Origin: Asterias rubens
Lineage: Eukaryota
Length of the DNA stretch: 64,000 bases
Direction: 5' to 3'
Assembly (NCBI RefSeq): GCF_902459465.1
Contig: NC_047080.1
Span: forward strand, 1,798,001-1,862,000
This document shows, in pieces, positions 10,544-21,900 of the stretch (positions are counted from its first letter, which is position 1; each line of letters begins with the position of its first letter). The position numbers were made by a program, and so were the translations under genes. Under the pieces are notes generated by a model. It had not been told where the DNA came from and ran no database searches. It was given only the letters and a program-made list of their open reading frames with translations.

Positions 10544-13500
10544 GATTCCCCTCAACCACTTCCAAGATCATCCTGAGTCACTCTATTTACACAATGGACC
10601 AGCGGGGGATTCCAGAAAACAGACTCATGAACTACAGTACCTCACTCGCTCCCTAAGTCTACATCCTACAACATGTTAACACCGCTTTCCAGGGAAAAAC
10701 GAAAAAACCTCCGTGTACGACACCTGTTGAGGAAAACAGATGCGGCACTCCGAGTGCCAAAATATGACCGGAGTTCGCTGTGCTGTTAACGAGAAGGGGG
10801 GGGGGATTGTCCTCTGGCCAAATGCCAGTGGGAAACAGCTGAAGACGGACTCAAAGTTGTTCTTCAGCAAATTTGTAGAGTGCTTCCAAAATTTTGAGTG
10901 CTGAGTAAATTATCTTTCCAGAATCTTAAATTTGGCAAAAAATGCAAAAAGTAAACTTCTTGACTCTTATCAAATTTTAATCTAAACTATTGGGTAACGA
11001 AAACCAAAACTTAGCAGCTTTAACCCTCTAAGGCCGGTTCCACAAGCCCCCTGCACTCCATAATGCACAAGTTCAAAATGCACCTCAATTACTCTGCACA
11101 ATCACCCGCAGGCCATGTTCAGGGCCTTTTTCTCTGAAAGTCGTTTTACATTTAAACCAGATTAAAAAAAACACCAAATAAGAAATCCTCTCAGACGAAG
11201 ATCCTGCTACATCATCCTTCACTAACTCCCAGGCAACGAGGAACATTTCAGAGGCACATAGCCCTTCCCAATACCCCCATCCATCTAAAACCACAGAGAC
11301 AACCGTTATTTGACCAGCCAGAAACGCTCTGTACAAAAAAACAATCGACATAAACTCAATTAATTCCCGCTCTTGTTTTTTCCCCAGGCTTCCAAAGACG
11401 TCTTAATTGGAAATTAATTGGGCGCCTTTGTCTGCCTCGGAGAAACAACGTCAGGGGCCAATGATAGGGTAATCATTCCCAAAAAAGCGGGGCAAGTGCA
11501 TGACGTAAACAACATCTACAATATATGTACATGTACCCAGGCCTGTGTGCTTTGTTTTTGAAAGCGCAAGGGCACCAATGGCAGATCTTCCTTGGTTAAG
11601 GGCACCCTATGAAGAAATTGTAAATTTCTACTGTAGAGCATTTTAAGGGCACTAAGGCAATGACAAGCAGGGGGCATGGAAGCAATTGCCTTTTCGTTGT
11701 CTCTGTGAAGTATCAGGCCTATGTACCTGGCCCCAGTAAATTTTTACACATAGAGACCGTTTCTTATTATAACACGAGAGATCGGATTGAAACAAAACAC
11801 AAATTCAATACACTTTCCGAATCAATACAAACTTTGCAGTAAGAGACAACAGTATCTTCGCAAACTCCTAGCAACCGACACCCCCAACCACCCAAGCCCC
11901 CTGATAATAAAACAGGAGAGCATTTTCGTCCAGAGTCTACAGGCAACTGCCAATGTTTTCTAAATCGATAATTAACGTGAGACGCTCAAGGAATGTACGT
12001 CCAATTTTGATTCAATTTAGGAATGGAGAGAGTGCCAGGTGGACGTCGGGAAAAGGTCACATTAATATCATCTTCCTCCGAGGAGCTTGTCTCGTCTTTC
12101 CATGCAACCTCCTCGTACAAGTGCCTCTCATCCTCAGGGATGCCCCTAAAGATTCTCCTCTGAGGCTCTCTCTTTTTTTCTCCCTAAAATAATGGAGGAT
12201 CTTATTCTGAAGACAAATTCTAGAAGATGGATCTGGTGAGATGTTATACGGGTCTGGATTTTCATCCTTAAAAGATGAGAGCATTTTCATTGGAAAATCT
12301 TCAAAGTCTAAGACAGGGAAACTGTTAAAGGGGCACTGAGGACAAGACCGGGGCAAGAGGGAACATGGGCTATGTGCCCTCAGGCTCAGGACAAGACATG
12401 ATTTCACAAAGCAATAAAATCCATCACAAAGCAATAAAATCCACGACAAATTGTCAGTGTTACCATAGTGATTTTTGTGACATCACACTTAAAGCATCTG
12501 CATGTACATTGATTTGCAATTATGATCAATCTTATCTTTGTGAAATTGGCCCCAGTGCAACAGAGGACATGGCTTCCGTGCTCTCTAAGTAATTCCAGGC
12601 AGAGGATGTTAAACTGCAATGGGGGGGGGGGGGGGGGACTGGCACTTGTTGAAAATCAGCATTATCAGAATGTATTATACATAGAAACAATTTCACAAAG
12701 CACTTAGGCTCAACAGTCAATATTAATCTATAGGCCTATAAACATTTTCGGATTATGAGTCTTTGAGATTATACAATGTATGTATGGGGCACTGCCAAAA
12801 CCATTAATGTTGAGGTCACACAAAATGCATGAGTTGTCATTGAAGCAAATACAGTTTTACACACACACACTCTGGGAAAGTTAAGGGAAATCCACCCACC
12901 AGCAAACAATGAAATTTGGTAAACACACAATAATCACCTTACGAATATAAAATCAACAGCAAGAGGCAAACAAAAAACCAGGAAACGCACAAACTTAAAT
13001 ACATTTATACGCAGGCTTATTGCTCAGCTGAGTGGCATTATACACAAGTTTATACTCATCATGCAAGTTTTCGTTTCTATTCAAAGCCACTCAGAAAAAT
13101 ATAAACTTTTTTGTGAAATCACTCTCCAGGTATGAAACTGCAAAAACCAAGGCCTTGTTTTTGGACAAAACACAAGTTGGTACATGATCTATGGTGTTTT
13201 TAGGAGGTTTAAATCTATGGCACTTATGTGGGAAGATAGGCCTGGAAATTGAACTTTGATAGGATGAGGCTACAAAGTATTTTGCAAAGGGCACTTCCAT
13301 TGGAATATCTTAATTCACGTCAATATGGAAAACTTTTAAAGGGGCACCAAGGCCAAGACAAGGGGCAGCAGAGGCCATGGCCTCCGTGGCCTCTGCATTG
13401 GTCCAGGCATGAGAAGAAAGAATAAAATGGTTAATCACTTGGGACTTTGCATGCCTGTGGTTTTCTGATAAATAGACTTAAAGGTGTCTTCTTGCAATCT

Positions 13501-14898
13501 TCTAAAGAGAACTACAAAATTAAGCATTGAACCAGAAGCAGGCCTGATGCTTCACGGAGGCAACAGTAGAGACTATTGCCTCCATGCCGTTGGCCACTGC
13601 CTTGGTGCCCTGTGAGATGCTCCATGGAACACACTGAGGGTTATTTCCTTCATATGCCCTTTACTGATAGTATACTGCATTGCCCTTGCAAGTGCAGCGT
13701 ATTAAAGACCATGAGGGAATGTAGGGTGTTTTTGACAGATTAAGGATTCCGACTGAGCATCTAAAAATGTAAAGGCGTATTTTTTCAAAACTGAAAAAAA
13801 TTATACCTGGATTTACACACTAAACCATTTGATCCCAACATAATTGCAGTCAATATTTTAGGTACAATGTGCACACAAAGACAAGCAGAACATGTGGTCA
13901 CATATCAAGATCATCTTATCTCTAATTTTTTTTTTTCGAAACCACAAATTTTTCCGCGAAAAGATAACAACTGGTTGATAGACTTGTCCTTGAGCTTTGC
14001 TGAAATGCAAAATCTTAACGTGGGAGTAGTATGCCAATTTTCCCTTTTGGCAAAGCAAATCTTTAAGAGGTTGGGGGAAATTGCCTCATCTGACCTTCAT
14101 TGTTCAGTAAGACTATCTGTCTTTCCATGGGAGGAGGTTGTGGGTGGGCCTATATAGTAAAGGTATATTGACGCTGGTATGATATGATTCACTTCTTTGA
14201 TGACTGCGAGACTTTCTTCCCTTTTACTTATGACAGAAATCATTTCAAACTTGATGGAGAAAATGTGGAGGTCAGATATGCCGAATTTTAAGAAATTCAA
14301 TGTCTAGTTGAATTTTACAAAAGCTACGTACTATGTACAGCAAAAGGCAATGTCAAAACCAATAAGTGCTTATTGGCAGTGCTACTGCTACGTACTAGTA
14401 CGCTACAACCTGTACTGTAGTACAAGAAAATTCAGTCACAACTCCCAAACGCATTTCTTGATTTTAAATAAAAAAGGAAGGAACCACACCAAGTCAAAAG
14501 GAGCATTATCCAAACCACATTTTTAATTCACTTACTGAGTCAAAACTCTCCAAATGTGGACAATATTTGATCATGATCTTAAATATGTTGCATTTGAAGT
14601 TGCTTAAAATAATATATGTATGTGAAAAACAAACAAACAGGCAGTTGCAATGTAAACAAGACATTTGGCATGTTTGGCCGGACCTTTCCAGCAAAAGCAA
14701 CATTTCCTGTGCTGAACTAAGCAACCTTGTGATTACCACCAGCCATTAAAACTCTGGCCAACCCAAGACCTTCTATTCTACTGTTTTTATAATTATTATA
14801 CACTTACTGAGTCTTAATTTAAATAATACACTAACTACAGTGTTCATGTCTGTAAAATTGAACTCCTTTTCAAACAAGTAATTTGAAGTTTTGTTTAC

Positions 14899-15109
14899 CT
14901 TTCACATCTGGTGGAATTCTGTGGTCATATCCTTTCCTTCCATCTCCACCATGGCCATGTTGCTTGGACGACTTGGTACCTGGTCCGCGTCCTCCACTGG
15001 CCGAGTGGCGTCTACTGCTAGTGGTGTGTGGGGCCGGAGGTGGCTGATGTACGGCGGTCGTAGCTTCCTTCTGTTGCGACTGGTCGCCCTTTCCATGTTG
15101 CTGTCCCAT
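14899..15109 (-). CDS. Abl: First coding exon of an Abl-family tyrosine kinase (myristoylated 1b-type N-terminus); rest of the gene lies left of the window
   Basis: AAACATGG Kozak; MGQQHGKGDQ... resembles ABL1b MGQQPGK, ABL2 MGQQVGR and fly MGAQQGK. 70 codons plus 1 nt end at a strong AAG|gtaaac donor. No SH3/SH2/kinase exons are in the window, so identity rests on the N-terminus only. Confidence 0.7.
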
Positions 15110-15340
15110 GTTTTACTGCATGATGGTACGGAAGTCCGCGCACGTAAAAACCTCACCGCTGCTCTTCCAATAAATCCCACAAAGAACAGGTCCAGCAAGA
15201 TGGAAATCTTCCTAACCCCGATCGACGACGGGGCCTCGAAGCTACAACAACCTCCACAGGTCTTCCAGATTTCATGCCGCGAACACGGTCATTTTGGGGA
15301 TTTTTTTTTATAAGAACGAAACGTCTGCACAAATTTGCCA

Positions 15341-15358
15341 GGAAGTGTCAGCCATCTT
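15341..15358 (-). promoter_or_regulatory. ETS (GGAAGTG) and YY1 (AAGATGGC) motifs near the predicted Abl-like TSS
   Basis: GGAAGTG at 15341-15347 and GCCATCTT at 15351-15358, about 240 nt upstream of the ATG at 15109. Confidence 0.5.
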
Positions 15359-15807
15359 ATATCTAGATACATGGTCCCCCGATCGATCTTTCACACATGA
15401 TGACAATGCATTGTTGATGATGAGTACCAGTTAAACAACCAGAGAGGGATTTGGTTCGAAACGAAAGAGGGCGGCATATTATTTTCCAACGTGACTTTTT
15501 AACAACAAATGAATGTCGTCTGCTCTGGGTTGAAATTCTTCTTTTGTATAAAATATTAAATAAACTGGAGGGGAACAAAGTGATAAAAGGTAGTATATTA
15601 ACATAAGAAAATACATACATTTCATAGTTTCAACCCTTGAAAGATTATAAAAAACATTTGTTCCTGTGAGAAAATTCATGTTTTTTTGTCAGCATTCTGC
15701 AGACGGCCTAGGCCTACACTCTGTGACAACCGGCCAACAACGCGTATGCGTCAATTTTCGGCGCGTGGTGGAGAGAGCCGAACGCGGACGCACAGTGCAC
15801 ATCACAT

Positions 15808-15816
15808 TATATAAAA
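15808..15816 (+). promoter_or_regulatory. TATA box of the polycystin gene
   Basis: TATATAAAA immediately after a CpG-rich stretch (15720-15800) and about 170 nt upstream of the ATG at 15981. Confidence 0.6.
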
Positions 15817-15980
15817 CGCAATCACTTTACTGAAAAACCTTTTGCATTTCATCATCTGTGCACGACTCTGATAAAGATTTATTTCCAAAGTCGACTCTGA
15901 AAGTTGCAAACTATCTACAGAATTAGATGGTTTGTGTTTGAAGATCAATCCAATTTTATGTTTGTCGTTTTTCATTTACA

Positions 15981-18900
15981 ATGGTGAGTGAGACCAAAGT
16001 TATCCAATCCCGTAGATGGTTCTTTTTTCATGCTGTTTGGATGAGCATTATTTCTATGATGAGCAGAATAGTGACTGGCACAACAACACACGGTAGGTTT
16101 AAATCTTGTTTAGCTGCCTCCATTTGCTGGGCACTTTTGGTTTTGTAAAGTTGTACAGACCTCGGTTTGTAAATGCAATAACAAAGTTAGTCTGCTGCAG
16201 TGAGTACAGATTGTATGTTTTTAGTATTACTTACTGACCAACCAATTGTTAATATTTTTCAGTACAAATATCTGTAAACATATTTAACTATAGTGTGTAC
16301 ATAAAATTGTATACAAAAACTTTTAAAACGAACATTAACCAACATTCAACAATAACAAATACACTTCATCAGGAGTAAATTCACACAACAATATAAATAA
16401 ACATGTCTTGTCCTTGACACTCTACTTTATTTATATTAGTCTAATTATTATTTTGGACAGTATTTCCTGAGCAGGGTGTCCACATGGAAATTAATGGAAG
16501 TACACAAGTTTACAAACAAAACTCATCAAAAAAGATCTACCCTCTTAAGTCCTGGACCCAATGCATAACACACCCTTCTGTTTTTTGTAATATCTTATTT
16601 TATTTCTTTTTTGTTCCAGATGTTTTTGGGGTGTCCGCCCCACCTGAGGTCAACTACCAAAATCCTGTAATGTTTGCCTTCTTGACTGATTTTACAAGAG
16701 AGAGCCAAATGGTGTGCTTCTGGGTCTTTGGTGATGGACAACATCTGTTTACAACTGCACAAGATTTAAAACAGGGGGTGTCACACCTATATGATTTTCC
16801 TGGTCATTATTCGGTAAGTACACTGAACTCTGCAAACAAAAATCAATCATTTTAAGATAATTAATCATTTCTCATAATAAAGTAAACATTTCTTGATTCA
16901 AATGCATCCATTCAAACAGCCCTGTTTACAAGAAAAATCATAACAAATTCATGGAACAAAATTCATTTTTTTTTTAAATAAAAAATTAGATGCCGTTTGT
17001 CTTCTGAGCCGTTTGTCTTCTTTTGCTTGTTATGGTTCTTAATGAGCATAGCAAACATTGGAAACGTTCTAGGTGCGATTGAATGTTCCTATAGTGTAGG
17101 CATGCCCCACAATACAGTGTAAGAAACCCAAGCTCCACAGCAATTGAGTAGCCCGGTGCTTTTTGCTGTGATGTTCCTTTGCAAAGTTCAAACACGAATT
17201 CCTTTGCTCATAAAAGTGCCCCTTACCAGATGAAAATTGTCATGCCCCTCAAAAACAAATTCCAAAGGCTAAAACAGAATGTCTGACAATAACCTTTTTT
17301 TTTTAAATTTAGATTTTAACGACTTGTCAGACTTCACGCGGCTTCATCCACCAACGCACTCAAGTGGACGCCATTCACATTATAGACTCAATCCAATGTG
17401 TGATAACAGACGCGAGCGCAACGGAGAAGGAGTTCTATCAACATGGTACAGATATCGTTATCCACTACCAACATGAGTACACAACAGATCTTCAGTATAC
17501 TTTACTCATCAATGATGTGATAGTCTACGAAGCCAGAGCAGCGACGCCAAATCCGCCGACAAATCTCGTTGAGGATAGTTTGATCATAACTGATCAGGCA
17601 GACAAGCTTCAAGCTGGTCGTCACAATCTAACGCTGCGCGTGACAAACGACCGTGTCAACGTCTGTTGCGATGAGTTGGTAACATTGATGACCATAGTTT
17701 CAGAAGTCAGCTTGTCTGCGAGTCAGAGTGCTGTGCTTCCCGCTAGTGAAGTCGTGCTTGAAGTAACGGCCGAGTCAGGCTATCCTGCAATGATTAATTG
17801 GACAATGAAGAAAGAACGCAATGAAACTTTTGTGTGGAGTTTGGTGAAAGAGCGCAGTGGAAGAACAGCATTGGATGTTGACCAGATAACAGTCTTCTTG
17901 CAAGATGGTAAGATTATTTGCACTATAGGGCCTAACTTGATTTGGTCATCTTGTGAAGGAGCCTTAGCTTTCTAGGAAAGTGTAAACGAAAATGTTTTTT
18001 CTTAATAAAATTGATAACTACTAAGAGCCGTGTCACATGAGGCAATTTACAGGCTACCAGTTCTAGGAAATCTCAAAGATGAAAAACATTCACATCTTGA
18101 TGTCCACATTTTGGAGATCTCAAGACATTGTTTGAAAAATTACTCAATGTGCTATCAAAGTTGTTCTTTAGCACAGGAATTGGTTGCCTCAAAGTTGCTT
18201 TCTTTGACAAGGCCCTTTGGTTGCCTCCAAATTGCTCCATGTGGCAAGGCCCTTAGACCCTTGTATAATGATTGAAAACTTGTTCATCAACTTCCTTGGG
18301 CTGGCAATACAAACAAAATTGCGCCCCCTGTTCTTTTTTAGTGAAAAATGTGTATTTTAATCTGATTACAAAAAAAACACAAACCATGTTCTAGAACCAT
18401 ACCTAATGTTCCTTTGACACTAGCCACACTCCTGTGGGAATCTTAACGGTTAAAGTCAGGTAAGAAGTGTCCTGCTTTGGGCATAAAACATCAGAATTTG
18501 TATCCTCTAATTTTTGTTGTCTACACAGTTGGAAGTTATCAAGTCACAGCCCGGATCTACAACAATCTATCCTCAGTGGAGGACACCATTCAGATTAAGA
18601 CCCAGTTGCCCGTCACATCAGTTATACTGACGTCAAATAGTCCAGTCAACTTTGATGCAGAAAATACTATTCAGTTCTCGGCACAGATACTGGATTCTCC
18701 TCTCCCGAAAAGTCTGAAATACTTCATTGAATTTGGAGATGGTCATCATGGTGAGTGCTTCCAGTAGCTTCAAATTCAATATAAAAAAGTCATCTTCACA
18801 CAATAATTTTGTGAAACAATTATTACAAAAGTTTGGGAAGTCCATTTTATTTGAGGATAAAAACTTATTTCAAAAGCTAACTTTGATATAAGCCAGTACA

Positions 18901-21900
18901 CTTCTGGCCCCAATTTAATAGAGTCGCTTCTACAGCAGAAAATAGTGGTAAGCAAAAGAAAGTAGGATACCAGTGACATGTTGCACATGTGACATGCTAT
19001 TTCGGCTGGTAACCTTATTCTGGTAAGTATAGTTTCCTTCTGCATATTTTAGCTACTTATTGTGCTTTAAAAACAGTTCTTTGGAACTTGGCCCAGGGCC
19101 CATTTCAATAGAGCTGCTCAAGCAGAAAATAGTGCTTAACAATTTCCTGCTAAGCAGAAACAAGCAGGATACCAGTCACGGATTGTACATGTGACATGGT
19201 ACTGGGCTGTTAACCTTATTCTGTTAAATACAGTTTTCTTGTGCTAAGGAACTTTTGTGCTTAAAGCAGTTCTATGAAATTGGGCCCAAATTAGATGGGT
19301 TTATTTTCTTCACTTTGAGTATAGCTTAACAAAAATGTGGCAAACTCTCTCTGCAGAAAACTCCAGTGTGCAGAGCCCCGATCCTTGGTATGCCCGCTTG
19401 CGGAAAAGAGATTATCAGTATGGTACTCAGTCTGACGATCTGATAACAACCTCGCACACCTACACTTCACCAAATGTCTACAATGCCAGGATAACCGTCT
19501 ACAACGACCTCAGCTCGGTCACGAATGAAACAACAGTGGCTGTGTTGGTGCCTATAACCTATCTGGCAATCGGTCTGAGTCATAACAGTAAGTTTGACAT
19601 GGGACAATGTTTGTTAAGGGACAGCAGGTCAGGCTGGTGTCTTGCCTCGCCTTCCACCCCCTTGGACCCTGATTCGAATCCCACCAGGGGCACTGTATGG
19701 ATTGGGTTTTCAGTCCCCAATCGACTGCGTGTGTTTTCCCTGGAAGAATTCTCTTGGGTTTTCCTCCCACATCTAAAATTGATACTTCTTCATTGTCTTC
19801 TATCTTACTGTCTGGTTGTAGTAGAGAACATTGAGAATATATCCACATCCAAATCCAAACTGAAAATCTCATACTTGAGTGCCATGAAAACTATGGGTGC
19901 ATTTGATTAGCTTCCACAGGTTGACCCAGGTCCTCTCCCCCGGTGCATTAGAATACCTTTGACATATTTCTTGGGGCTCACCTGAGTCAGCCCCCAAGTA
20001 ACCTGCTTGTGGAGCGGGTCACTTGGGGCTGACCGAGATGACGTCAAGCTGAAAAACTTTCTCAATTCTCATTTCAGGCAGAGAGCTTGAACCCTTTCTT
20101 CTCCTCAGACTAAGTGCATTTTGCTACACATTTAAAACATTAAAAACATTTGATGAATACTTTGGCAGACACTATTTTGCGATTTCATATACACCTTCTT
20201 TTTCATTGATATTTTTGTCAGGTGGTGTCTACTTTCCAAGCATTGACAATGACTGGTTTTGGCAGGAACCACCATTTTCTTATCCAGTTGTGGTCGAAAA
20301 TGAATATGCATTGGAGGTGAGAGGCACTGGTATCCCGCAGCATGTAATCTGGACCATGGCAAACAACGGTGACCGGTACCAACGCAACACCACAGGTCCA
20401 GTTCTATACTATCAGTTTCCGACCAACGGGACGTTTTTGATTTCAGCATCTGCCAGTAATGTGTACTCTCATTACACAACACAAGAGGAAACTATAACTG
20501 CCCTTAATGCTATTGTCGGCCAATACCTGATCAGTAACAGCCCTGGAGTTGAAGGGGAGGTCACGACCTTTGTGGTGATTGTACAGAAACTTGGGTTGAA
20601 TCCAACGTTCAGCATCGACTATGGCGATGGGCTCTCTGAAGCCATACCTGAACCTCGACGAGACGACACTGTGATGAGATTCATCCCAAGTAACCTAGCT
20701 TTACCGGCTGACCCACTGAAGTCCTACGTCGCCATCCTCAACCACACCTATGCCGCAGAAGGGGTCTACGCCCCAAGACTCACAGGCTCCAATGCAGCCA
20801 TGGAATGGGTCTCCATAACTTACGTCCATATCGAAAACAACATTCACCCATGTAAGATACCAGACATTCACATTCAAGACGGTGGGAGTAACTACTACCA
20901 GGCCAAGAAGTACAGCCCTAGCCAAGCATTGATTTTCGGGGCGACGGTTAGCATCGACTGCTGGAGAGCTAAGAGAACCAGCTTCCAATGGTCGATGTAT
21001 AAGATAGAGAGTCTATTCACCGTACCTAGCTCCTCCAATCAGGTCATTCTACCGCCTGGCATCAGAACAAACGCAGCTGATGTTTATATCCCGCAGTATA
21101 CACTTGGTTACGGCATGTACATCGTTCGTTTGACTGTTACCGTTGTGATGAAGGATGAAGGAGACGCTAGTAGTGAGAGTACTACACATAGTTACATTGA
21201 GGTCGTCGCGTCTGATCTCGTGGCTAGAATCAGAGGAGGGTCATCATTGGCGGTTGGTGAGTTCCATTATCGGACCTACCCCCATCTTATCAGACAGGAA
21301 ATATTTCTTACGCAAAGGGGGTCCTCTTATAATAATAATACTAACAAGTTTTTATGTAGCGCATTTTACAAGAATATATCAATGCGCTTTACATAACTGC
21401 CCTAGTCATTGGACCAATAACCTTCCTTTAAATGTTTCTCAGCTCCTTTTGGAGTAATGTATACAGCCCTGAGCTGCTGTTGTTCTCAGAAGGCTTTTTC
21501 AAATACAATAGCAACCTCTACAGTAGCAGCTGTTAATACCCCCTGGTGAAGAGAAGCAATTGTAGTGAAGTATCTCGCTCAAGGACACAAGTGTCATGAC
21601 CATGTTCGAAACCCACACTCTGCTGATGACTCAACCACCAGAACTTGAATTTGATGCTCTAAACAGCTTGACCATGACACCCCGTAACAAGCTTTTCAAT
21701 TATTTTATGACAGGCTGGCATTCTAATATAACCCTTGATGCCTCGGACTCTTACGATCCTGATGTGATACTTGGAGAGTCACATGCTGATCTGATATATA
21801 CCTGGTACTGCCGCCAGGAAAATACATCCTTCCCTGCTAACATGACTGATAGTCCTAATCTACAAACAACAGGTAAGCTCTCGGTCTAAAACAACCAACA

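Noticed and set aside
14891-15313. 140-aa plus-strand ORF with a hydrophobic stretch and CCACCATGG, initially taken as the polycystin signal-peptide exon
   Set aside because: Its donors are weak (gtcttc, gtcatt). It is the antisense shadow of the MGQQHGK exon, which has a strong donor. A better polycystin start exists at 15981 with a TATA box, signal peptide and G|gtaggt phase-1 donor.
15921-15983. Apparent 63-nt exon ending at a gtgagt donor
   Set aside because: The gtgagt is simply codons 2-3 (GTG AGT) of the true first exon starting at 15981.
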